This document shows, piece by piece, positions 1 to 11,624 of a stretch of DNA of 64,000 bases; position 1 is the stretch's first letter, and each line of letters opens with the position of its first letter. This DNA is from Balanoglossus misakiensis (taxonomy: Eukaryota > Animalia > Hemichordata): positions 2,346,783 to 2,410,782 of the forward strand of contig CM082580.2 in assembly GCA_040954595.2 (NCBI GenBank). Reading direction: 5' to 3'. The notes beneath the pieces were generated by a model that did no database searches, was not told where the DNA came from, and worked only from the letters and a program-made list of their open reading frames with translations. The position numbers and the translations under genes are program-made.

Positions 1-360
1 ATGATTGCAATCAGCGGGCTCACACAATTGCGTATAGTATTGAGCGTACATGTATTAGTATTCAATCACACACGAAAATTTAAGATGGCGTCGCCAATTG
101 TCGGTTCGAAATGTCCGGAATGCGTATAGGCCTTCTCTTTTGGAGAAAAGAAAGGTGAAAATATATTTACCTTTTATCTGAATTGTGATCGGGTTGGCAG
201 CAAATGGAACCTTCATGTAGTCACTGAAACGATAGACATAACTTGTCCATAAGAGACTAGGCGAATCTTGTTGCAAATGGTTTTCCCTTTCGTATTATTC
301 TGTTTCTAAAATTGTTTAAATGCAGATTAATTCCTATGGTGTTTTTTGAAGAATTCCAAA
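1..360 (-). pseudogene. Duplicated fragment of the NXPE-like gene (copy of exon 4 at 223..171 plus flanking introns); continues off the left edge
   Basis: Nearly identical to 31517-31878. The 53-nt exon (S)DYMKVPFAANPITIQIK(G) keeps its cag/gtaaat splice sites. Similarity stops at about 360, and no copies of exons 1-3 follow. Confidence 0.8.
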
Positions 361-1062
361 CTAACGGGCCACTTAAAAAAACGCATATGCACTGAGGTTG
401 CAAAAAATAAGCACATTTTTAATCCCCCCGAAAAAGAATCGCGTCAAGGACACGGTGGTCCCATTGAGGGATTTCACAAGAAAAAGTCTACACCGGAGTA
501 CATGGCCATATACAGACAGACAGACACACACACACACATATAGCGAGAGATCAATAAGCAAACACTGACTGACCCATAAGCTGCCAATGGCATCTGTAAT
601 GTACATACACTAAATAGAACAGCTGCCCTCCTGAAAGCTTAGCTAGTTATGCAATCATGAAGGAATTTGCTGTATACATGTATATAAATCACAGGAGGGG
701 GTTCCTGCCTAATTGAAACAACTCAATAAAGTAAATACACACCACTTTGCAAAGCAGTCTGACCAGTAGTTCTTGAGTTACTGAGTTTTGACCAAGTTCA
801 CATTTTTCCAGCTAATGACAAATGTTCCTATTTTTTTTGCAAATTGCCCTGCGTTTTTTTTTTTTTCAAATTGCCTGTTGTTTTTTTTTTTTGGGGGGGG
901 GGACAAATGTTCTTATTTTTTTTTTTTTTTTGCAAATTGCTCTGCGTTATTTTTTTCAAAATGCCTGTTTGTTTGTTTGTTTGTTTGTTTTTCGGGGGGA
1001 TTAAAAATGTGCTTATTGTTGCAACCTCAGTGCATCTGCATTTTAAGTGGCCTGTTAGTTTT
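358..1062. repeat. Imperfect ~75-bp inverted repeat pair (358-435 / 988-1062) enclosing repeat-derived DNA
   Basis: ctaacgggccacttaaaa...gcactgaggttgcaa...gcacatttttaatccccccgaaaa is mirrored by ttttcggggggattaaaaatgtgc...ttgcaacctcagtgc...ttttaagtggcctgttag. Confidence 0.65.
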
Positions 1063-1568
1063 TGGGTGACACATGTGTGCGTTTTTTTTCCGGTGACAAA
1101 TATCTCCGTTTTTTATGGCTAACATGTTCGTGTTTTTCTATGTTTGCCTGTGTTCTTTGTTCTGGGGGTGTGCATTTTTTTCAAGTTGTAGTCTCTCTTT
1201 TTTAGTACAATGTGTGTTCTTTTCAATACTTAGTGTGTATTTTTTGTGGGGGTGAAGTGTGCGTTTCTCGTGAAAAATGTGCGCATGGTTTTTTTGTGAC
1301 AAATTAGTGATTTTTTTTTGCAACTGCCTTGTGGACGTTTTTTTGGTAAGCTTGGTGGGTTTTTTTTGACAACAGGTGAGATTTTCTTCTGTGTGTGTTA
1401 GTTTTTTTGTTTGTTTGTTTTTTGACTCCACGATGGATTATTATTTATACACTCGTTGATTTTTAAACCACCAATCAGTTTTTTGTGTTTTTTACGTATT
1501 TTTTTTTTAAAAGACATCAATTTTCTATAAAATAATGATAAATAATTTTGAAACACTTGGCGCGCCGT

Positions 1569-1885
1569 ATGGGTTATAGCTCATGAAAATCATCAAAAAA
1601 TGACAATTTTTCGACTTTGAAAATTTTCAAAATTTCGTCGATTTTTGAAAAAAATCATGGGTTATAGCTCATGAAAATCATCAAAAAATGACAATTTTTC
1701 GTCTTTGAAAATGTTCAAAAATTCTTCATTTTTGATAAAAATCATGGGTTATAGCTCATGAAAATCATCAAAAAATGAAAATTTTTCGACTTTGCGAAAT
1801 CTCCAAATTTCGTGGATTTTTGAAAAAAATCATGGGTTAGATTTCGTCAGTTTTGGATATTTTTCATTGGTTATAGCTCAAAAAC
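1569..1885. repeat. Tandem repeat, ~87-bp unit, ~3.5 copies
   Basis: atgggttatagctcatgaaaatcatcaaaaaatga recurs at about 1569, 1657 and 1744, with degenerate copies at about 1832 and 1868. Confidence 0.85.
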
Positions 1886-2257
1886 GAGAAATTTTGGGCT
1901 TTGCCAACTTTGGTGTATTTGTCAGTTTTGGAATAGAACAGCGTTATTCCTACTTTGTATATAAGTAAGGTCACATTTACATCAGAACAATTTCTTTTGA
2001 TCCATACCATTCAGCAAGTGTACCTGCAGGCTGCTTACCTCGCTACCACTATAGTTTTATCATCGTTTCGCAAAAGCATTTTTACGCGTTTGGCATTTAT
2101 TGGCAAATTTATGATATCATTAAGTACATGTACCCAGGGTCAGGTTTTCAGTCGTGGGCTTTGCGTTTCTCGCTAGAAGTAGTCGTAATCGCTCTGGCCC
2201 ATTCAAATAATTTCTGCCGTTTTGGAAACAGGTCAACTTTTGGCAGAGACTTCAGTA

Positions 2258-5200
2258 ATGGCAAGTGAACATGTTCGTGAGGTAAATACAGGTTTCGTTC
2301 CATTTTTGTCTATTCCCTGAGTGAAATTACTTTTGACTAAACTCTACATTTCTGCTTAATGTTTTATCATTATAAGTTTATCGCCTAATGGGCAGCTGTG
2401 TTGCTGCAGTGGGTCGTAGGAGATCCCAACAGCGTTTTGCGCTTGGTGGTAGGAAAGAGATCAGGAGTTTGGGGAGGTTGTGTGGATTGTGTGATTTTCA
2501 ATGATTCGTTTGAGAGTAACCCATACTGCCTTCGCTTCCTTCCACATTTCATGCGCACCGTGTAAGCATACTTTAGTTGTGTCTGTTCTCATTAACCCAT
2601 TTGCTACCTCTTCTACCAAAGTACACTCAGTCGCGACACAGAGCAAGGCTTGAACTCAAAATAGGTTAACACATCGCTTACTCGCACTTGTTGATTCTAA
2701 ATGAACGCGATATCTGCATATTTTGTTTATTCCGTTCGACAGTAAACTAGTAACGTTGTCACGCAACAACAAGATTAGGCAGTAAATAACTGGTTTACAC
2801 ATCGGCGACAACCACACAGTATAGGTGGCTCCATGAGGTGGCTATTTTTCAAACTAATATATCAAACTAATATGTCGAACTAAAGTGACGTTCAATCAGA
2901 TAATATCGGAATTCTCTGACGGTCATTTTTTATGGTTAAACAGTCTATTGTGATGTTGTCAAAATATGTTCTAAAGTCAAAAGGGATTGTAGAGACAATG
3001 AGGTATATATATTGTTTGGACAGATAGTTCGACTCATATCAGAAGTGCGATGTTTATGAAATCTACGCCATATAGCCTGATTTGCCCTTTCTAAATTGGC
3101 CTTGGAAGAAAGGTGACGCCAGTAGTTTGATACAATTCCGAGCAGACGGAATAAGGTATAAAGATAACGGTGCACTTCACGAAGTCTGTACACTGCATAT
3201 TTTGTTTATTCCGTTCGACAGTAAACTAGTAACGTTGTCACGCAACAACAAGATTAGGCAGTAAATAACTGGTTTACACATCGGCGACAACCACACAGTA
3301 TAGGTGGCTCCATGAGGTGGCTATTTTTCAAACTAATATATCAAACTAATATGTCGAACTAAAGTGACGTTCAATCAGATAATATCGGAATTCTCTGACG
3401 GTCATTTTTTATGGTTAAACAGTCTATTGTGATGTTGTCAAAATATGTTCTAAAGTCAAAAGGGATTGTAGAGACAATGAGGTATATATATTGTTTGGAC
3501 AGATAGTTCGACTCATATCAGAAGTGCGATGTTTATGAAATCTACGCCATATAGCCTGATTTGCCCTTTCTAAATTGGCCTTGGAAGAAAGGTGACGCCA
3601 GTAGTTTGATACAATTCCGAGCAGACGGAATAAGGTATAAAGATAACGGTGCACTTCACGAAGTCTGTACACTCTATTTTATGTAAACAACCTTGATGTA
3701 CTTTGTACGAACTTTCAGCGATCCGCGCTCACAAATCGCGGTTATGAAGTGGACGAGCCACGACTGAAGGATCTACAAAATGGACGGTCTGAAGTCGCTG
3801 AGAAATTTGGAAACGACGGAGACTTGACGGAGAAAGGTCAAAGCCACGGCCAGCAGAAATCCACCAATGTCAACAAGGAGAAGACAAACGTCTTCACTAA
3901 CCGGAAAATCTTGGTCGCAGGCATTGTAATGTTTGGTCTCTTTGTGGCCGTCGTTGCATTGGCAATGGTTCTGCTCTGTGAGTCTTCTTTGTTACTGACT
4001 ATTGTTACTGACTCATGCATGGCTGCATAAGGGCGCTAGACTTATGAAAAGGGTGTATTTGATAGTCACAGGCTGTAAAGTCTCTGTCCCAATTGTTTAT
4101 ATACTTGTTTATATTTTCATATATTATGACATTTGTTTGTATTCACCTTCAGTGAGAGGAAACGCCTCGGTCAAGACAGGTCCCGATGAGAGTAAGTCAG
4201 AAGGCTACTTACCATTCGCTCTTCTAAGTTCTTTTATAAATTTAATAGTGAGAGTTCATCAACAACTGTACAGAAAACCGTAGCCATGGCAACAATATGG
4301 ACATGAAGATCGTAAACATTGGCCGAAAGTAGAGGCTGTATTTTATGCTAGGGCTTGTGACTTCCAGCATGTTATCGTTCTTGTAATGATAATTTGATTA
4401 TTATCGCCACTGTTGTCTGTTATATCTTATTCAAGATCAATTGCACAAATTATTAATATACCCACATATAACACTGAATAATAATTATTTTCTTTCCATC
4501 CATTTAAGTTCATATTGAGTGTGTACCAGAGGCAAGGAAGCCCCCTCATATTGTATTCTTCCTTGCGGACGATTTAGGTGAGTGAGCATTGAAAACCAAA
4601 GATTCTATCACAATTGAGGGAAATCTGACTTAGATCACACCCGGGGCCTGCACACATAACTGCAACGAAATCGGACAGGTGAATTCTGAGAAGCATGCCA
4701 AATAAAAATACAAAGATCATACGCATTTGCAATTTGTTTAGAAATCGAGACAGACAGACAGACAACCTTTCTGATAATATGAGCTTAAAATGCTAACTCA
4801 TGTGCATGTATAGTTGAATACATTGCTCGCTGTATTTTCAGGTTGGCATGACGTCGGTTACAATAACCCAGAAATGATAACACCGAATATCGACAGGTTG
4901 GCTGCTGAGGGCGTTATCTTCAATCAAGCATACGCTCAACCACAGTGTTCACCGTAAGGCGAAACGTATTGACCTAAAAAATGGTTCAATGTCATTCAAT
5001 GTCACACATCATTGTGAAAATTGGGGAATGGAACTTTTGCTGTGAAGTTGACGCAGGAATTTGTAGAAGTGGGCCATCGTGGGCGTTAATTAAATTCCAC
5101 CTGAAATTCCGCACCTGGAAAATGGGAATTATTATTTGACGTTGATTTGATTTCTTTCGCTTTTTAGGAGTCGTTCATGTCTGATGAGTGGGTATTATCC

Positions 5201-8200
5201 CTTCAGAACAGGAATGCAGGTAAAGAAACTGGACGTGAGACCACACACGCTTCTGTGCGTTCAGTTTTTGGCCACATGTACTAACCCGCGGGGGACTATG
5301 TCATCGGAAATGATGAGTTCATTCATGAATGTCCGTATAGAACTGCTATTCTTAACACTAAAAATAACAACAGTTCTGAGTTATGCAGAAGGCTTCACTG
5401 GACTGAAAGATTCAGTCCTGTGCGGGCGCTCCGTCTCGCCACCTGAGACCCTTTCATTTTGTGTTAATAAAACAGCTACTGGCAAAGATATAGTCATGTG
5501 GAGAGAGTCATCAACCCGATTGTCCCTTTCTGCTTCTTCCTTATAGCATCAGATTCTGCAACCTCTATCTCCCTACGGCCTCCCTACCGATTTCACCCTT
5601 CTGCCAGAAGCACTCAAACCACTGGGCTACAATAGTCACATGATAGGAAAGTAAGTATGTCAGTCAAGGTAGATGACTACCAAAATGCAGTGCGTGAGCA
5701 TCACATTCCATAGCCTTACGTGTAGAATGTAATTTTCTTGAAATTTTCATCCCTGGGAAGGTATATGCGATTGCGCATAGTCATGGAGTGTCCACCAGGC
5801 CCAAAAATTGATGGTAACCAACGAGTGGTCGCGATGGATGTACATGTATTTATTCCAGTGTTACCTCTCCTGTTTATCAAATTTCTAGGTGGCATCTGGG
5901 AATGTGTAAGGAAGCCTATTTACCCTTTTATCGTGGTTTTGACTCGTACTACGGTTTTCTGAACAGCTACATCGGATACTACGATCGTACAAACCAAGAC
6001 GTCGCCGGATTGTTTGGAACGAGTAAGAATACAATTTACATATGCCCAGATATGGTTAGAAGGGTTTCTTTTGTTGGCGCCCACAGTCACCAAGTGAAAA
6101 TTTGTGATTCACCCAATGGAGACAAGAAGTGTTAAAAGTACACAAATAAATAGAAAATAAGAAAAATCCGACGAAATAGAAATTAAATTTCGACTGGAAC
6201 GAATATTTGCTGCAGTGTAACTACCTTCTCTTGCTTACAGCCCCTAAAAGTTATAAGGGATATGATTTCTGGGATAATAGCGGCGTGGTACTCGACAATA
6301 CTACGTATATCAGTGTGAGTTTTACCTTTCAATGTCATATGTACTCCCTCGAATATACCTATGAATATTTTGTGGCATTGTGCGCAAGTCATCTTTGCTC
6401 AGAAATTTGAAAATAAATTGCAGCTTCACAGCCTAGTTTTATGTTTGTTGACCGATTTTTTCTGATTTTGCATTTTGTCCTTGCTTATGTTGCAGTACTT
6501 GCTGAACAAGAGAGCAGAAGAATTGATTGACAATCACAAGAAAGACACGCCGATGTTTCTATACTATGCTTCCCCTCTGCCTCATTTCCCATTGGATGTA
6601 AGTTTTGATCAACGCAATCCCTGTTGGTTTTTGCTTCTGAATAAACATGTAACAAATCACATTCGGACATCAGTCAGAATAAGAAACCTTGGCTTGAAAT
6701 GGTTTATATTTTTTGAAGGTACCGGAAGAGTACGAAAACCTCTATGCTGGGCACAGAAACAGGAATAGAAGAATATACAATGGTAAGAGCGTGTTCAAAC
6801 GAAAAGCATATTCGAGTTCTGTTATTTACATATGGTTTCTTGTTACGAGAGGAACACACCCACTGATGTTTCTGTCTGTCTATCATATAACATGCGCATG
6901 TTCGGTGCGTGCATGTGCGCGTGTGGATGGATGGATGGATTCAATATATGTATGTTGTAAAGAGGAGTATACATGTACATATATATTTCGAGAATATTCT
7001 TCCTTCCAAGGTATGGTGTCCATAATGGATGAGGTCATTGGCAATGTAACTAATAAACTTAAGGACAACGGAATGTGGGAAAACACTCTCTTTGTGTTCA
7101 TGAGCGACGTGAGTAAATGCCCTGTAGTAAAGCTGGATATTTCAGCATTTGGCAGTTCTTGCAGAGAAAGCTTACAAACAGACAGTGACCAGACAGTTAG
7201 TCAATCAGACAGACAGACAGGCAGGCAGATAGACAGATCAAAATGTCCAGACTAAAGTTTTAAATACAGAATCACCAGCTCAACTTATTTTCAGAATGGC
7301 GGTACTCCGTTTTTTGGTGGTTATAACTATCCCCTGCGTGGTACCAAGACAACGCTGTTTGAAGGAGGTACAAGGGTTATTACCTTTGCCGCTGGAGGCG
7401 CCCTTAAGAAGACAGGCTACGTCAATGATGGGTTAGTGAGCATTGTGGATAATTCATTTTGAACAATCGATTGTTTTATTTTTACTCAACGTATTAAAGT
7501 AACAGATAAAATTTTACACCTACTGATCAAATGGGACCTTTGTGACTGTTACAGACTTATCCACATAACAGATTGGTATCCAACATTTGTATCTTTGGCC
7601 GGCGGTAAACCAGGTAGTTGGTCAATTATTTTGCTCTTCTCTGTAAATTATTTCTGAGTATGCTAAAATAAATACAGCACGTCAGTTAGAAGTGAATTCT
7701 GAACTTGTTACATTTCAAATGTGCACCATCACGTGGTTATACGAGGACTTAGACACACTAAATTAGAGATGATCGTATACCTTTAACTGGTGGCATGTCT
7801 GTGATTATTATAGACCAGAATATGGATGGAAAGAATTTATGGGATGCTATATCAAAGGGCAAAGAATCTCTAAGAGATGAAATAGTCTATAATATTGTGA
7901 CCGAAATGCCCGCCAGAGGCGCAGCAATAAGGTACCTATAAATTTACATAATTACCATACCTTTCGGTTTTTATTGAACATATACGCCGTGTGTACCGTG
8001 CATTGAATTGTCGCACAAAGCTAAAATCAATTGTGAGGTGCATTTCCAAATGTTTATGAGAGGGACAAAATCTATACATTTCTGCCATATACATGTACAT
8101 ACATGTACTTTGTTTGAATTTCAGAGTTGGTGATTGGAAACTTATAGAGGGAAATCATCAATCAGCTTATCCCTATGTGTATGCCGAAGGTAATGTTAAC

Positions 8201-10103
8201 CAATGCTTTCCACAGCGCGCGGCCACTGTCTCTCTACAACACAGATTTGCAGAAGGGCATGTAGCCTAGTCTGGTCCCCTTCCCCTGTGCCCCAATTCCG
8301 TCACTGGCTGCTACAAGGAAAGGGTTAGGAATTGGCCGCACTATAGACCTGCATGCTGCGTGCATGTGTTTCAAAAGGACAACTTTCTCTCGAAAAAGCC
8401 AAATGTTTACTGGATAACTAGTATCTTCCCTTGGTGTGATAATTTAAGGACTAAGTGAGTTTCAGCATGTCGTACAGAAATCCGGGGTCATCAAACCGTA
8501 CTCGCTTGTCCCATAAAAAATAAAACCTACCGTGATATAGAACGCCATTGATTTATCACCTTTCAGTCCAGCTCATGAATATTCGCAACTATGCCAACGT
8601 TACGTCATATTTCACTTTTCAGATGGTTGGTATCTGCCACCCACTGAAAACAACCAGTCGGCTGTGCCTCCTATATTTGTTCCAGGTGGTGGTCGAGACC
8701 CGCCACCAATCCCGGACGTTGAGTTTCTATTCAACCTAAGAGGTAAAATTGCATAATCTTTCTTTGGCTGAGGTGATCGTTTATGCCACATGGCCACTTT
8801 ACTCGTACGCGTGAAGTTTTGCTGCTTGTCATGAAGGTCGAAATACAGTAGTGTTTTATGCTCTAATGGTGTATAGATACAAATTAAGACAAAATTATTT
8901 CACCACTTAGTGGGGCATTTAACCAAAAAATCGTGCACTTTGGGTTAAAAGCATGAAACTTGATACACTTATGCAATGACCCATGGCGGCCATTTTCTGA
9001 TATGGATCCAAAATGACATCGCCCTCTAGTGGCCAGAAATAGACATTCATACTTTAAAATTGTGCACTTCCGGTTAAAAGCATGAAAATTGGTACAATTA
9101 TTCATTGACCCATGGCGGACATTTTCCAATATGGATCCCAAAATACAGCGCCCTCTAGTTGCCAGAAACTGACATTCAGACTTTTCACCCCATTAATGGC
9201 ACTTTTTGGTCTATTGTAACACTCAGAAACAGGAATGTGGGTTGTAAAACATGCTTGCTACCATACATTCCTCTGTATATTATCCTAATCCTGATGTACA
9301 TATATCAGATCAATTTTGATGACATCTTACTTTACAGTAACAAAGAGCACTGCTGTCAGACTAGACCTAAAGCACCTACAGAAACATGTGCATGACTTTT
9401 TGCAACTGATTTCCTGAGGTTGACTATTTTCTTGGGGTTTACTAAGAGTTGTCCAACTTGATTTCCACTGGGATTCTGTTGGTTTGATATAGCTTTTCTA
9501 GGTTTCTCATGTTCTATAAGAGCTACATGTGAAGAAGGTGTTGTATTACCCCTTTGCATGACTTTGTGTATTCAACTGGTTCTGTTATACCAAAGAACAA
9601 ATTGTTCAATTAGTAACATACAAGATTGATCTGAAACATGTACATCAGGATGAGGATAATATTCAAAGGAACGTATGGCAGCAAGCATGTTTTACAACCC
9701 ACATTCCTGTTTCTGAGTGTTACAATTGACCAAAAAGTGCCATTAATGGGGGGAAAAGTATAAATGTCTGTTTCTGGCCACTAGAGGGCGCTGTCATTTT
9801 GGATCCATATCAGAAAATGGCCGCCATGGGTCAATGCATAAGTGTACCAAGTTTCATGCTTTTAACCCAAAGTGCACAATTATGCCAAAATTTGGGGTTT
9901 AGCTCCTGCACTAACTTTCAATGTATACAGATGATCCGAATGAGCATCATGACCTATCGGCTGAGGAACCAGAGAAAGTCGCCGAGCTGAAAGCCCGTCT
10001 GGACTATCATCGTAGCCGCGGAGTTCCCGCGCTTCACCCACCTCCGAATTTTGATGCTGATCCCGATCTGACAGGCGGGATCTGGCGGACAGGCTTTTGT
10101 TGA
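2258..10103 (+). CDS. ARSB-like: Arylsulfatase of the ARSB/ARSI/ARSJ family with N-terminal cytoplasmic tail and signal anchor; 18 coding exons
   Basis: Exons: 2258-2281 (tentative), 3719-3977, 4153-4191, 4530-4577, 4842-4953, 5168-5219, 5547-5650, 5889-6022, 6241-6314, 6496-6597, 6719-6782, 7011-7108, 7295-7431, 7555-7613, 7814-7931, 8125-8189, 8623-8742, 9931-10103. All introns are GT-AG with compatible phases. Motifs: KPPHIVFFLADDLGWHDVG, formylglycine signature CSPSRSCLMSG, GKWHLG, MSDNGG, NYPLRGTKTTLFEGG, HITDWYPT, FNLRDDPNEHHDL. Confidence 0.93.
2714..3672. repeat. Apparently identical head-to-tail duplication of a 479-bp segment in intron 1 of the arylsulfatase
   Basis: 2714-3192 repeats at 3193-3671. 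Identical 82-aa spurious ORFs at 2945-3193 and 3424-3672 are offset by 479. Confidence 0.9.
8908..9913. mobile_element. Non-autonomous long-TIR DNA transposon (Academ-like TAG..CTA termini) in the last arylsulfatase intron
   Basis: Begins TAGTG and ends CACTA, with a 3-bp TSD 'act' at 8905-8907 and 9914-9916. Inverted arms of about 250 bp; a ~125-bp subunit is duplicated in the left arm. Superfamily is inferred from termini and TSD only. Confidence 0.75.
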
Positions 10104-11624
10104 TCGCTAAATACCAATATTAGACCTGCTACTATACTTTTACAGTGTAGTACCGATACAGTCAGTTGAACTAATCATACAACGGTAGAGAACAAACAAA
10201 GGAAAGAAATAGTGAACACGATGTTGAATACTCAGTGTGATGTATAACGTTTGATTGACAATGTTAAGGTACTGCGGTACCCCGGGAACAGATTTTCTGA
10301 TAAATAAAATATCTATCGTTCATGACTGTGTGCAACAAAAAATAATTATTGCATGGCTTGGTTTTTCGTACTGATCACAAAGTGCTCCAAAATTTTTTAG
10401 AAAAGTGTAACAAGAAGAATCGAAAAACGTAAGCCAATTATTGAATTTATTTCTTTTTAAAATACTAACATAACAATAAAACTTATGTAAATTGTATTGA
10501 TTTGAAAATGTAAATAAAGTCCATGCAATAATAATGAAGTCTTGGTAGCATTCTTACCCGTCCAGTCAATGCTAGAAAACATGACTCGTCAGCATTGGGA
10601 TAAATTGCACGGAATACCCTTAAGGAGATAATCGTGTTATTTTTAGGGGTCGATGATGGATTTATTGACAAAAATATTGGTAGATGATGCGAACAAAAAA
10701 GACTTTTTTTCTGCAATGTCTTGTGAAATGAGTAGGACCGAGACAAGGAGCTACGTTGCTCCGTGGACTTGCTTGGAATAATGGGAGCGCAGCGAGCGCC
10801 CTCAAGCGACGGGTTTCCCAGTATATGTCTGATCACGTTCACAGTCCCGACTGGCACTGGGGTAACCGCACAGGGGTCGAGGAAGATTCCACGGAATATT
10901 CACACTCAGATGTCAGCCGTGGGGAGTATATGTGGTGAAAGTCTTTCATCCGATTCACATTCTTATCAGACGAGAAAAAATGGATGGAAAATTCAAAATG
11001 GATTCAACTTTTATTCATAGCGAGAGCGGAAAATGGCTGTAAAACATCGAAAAAGCGTTGAGAGCAATCTTCACATTCTGTTGAGGAACTGGTCTTAAAA
11101 GTCAACTGTGAATTAAAACACCAGAGCATAAACTCTTGGAAATCCTTATGTGCCAATGACAATACAAAGAGTACGATAATAACTCTACACAAGTGAAGCT
11201 TGGAGAATATTTCACAGAAACTACAATAACCATTTCTTAAATATTACACGGCATCAATACAACCAGCAGAAGTGGCCTCAAAGGTTTATGGTGCAAATGT
11301 AGAGGCCCAGCACATCAGAACCCACATAAACTCCTGTTGAACCATCTTAATGAAATGTATCAAAATTTTAGAATGCCCGATTCCTTACAAATTCTAGAAG
11401 GTCTACCTCCATGCAAAAATAATGTTAATGCCCCAAAATACATTCAGTTGTCAAAATACCAAAACTAAGATTTCAGTCAAAATATACATTTTAGCTCACT
11501 TCCTTTGGCAACAACATAATCTCTTATGGTCATTTTGCTGAAATATTTGTCTGAAAAAATCTGTTACTTGTTGAAGAGAGCGTGCGCTGCAATATGTACT
11601 CTGTTGTTGCCCAGTTTATTTATC

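Noticed and set aside
788-1431. Phe-rich and Lys-rich ORFs
   Set aside because: Poly-T low-complexity repeat sequence.
10728-10940. GC-richer, coding-looking patch
   Set aside because: No recognisable motif or splice framework in any frame.
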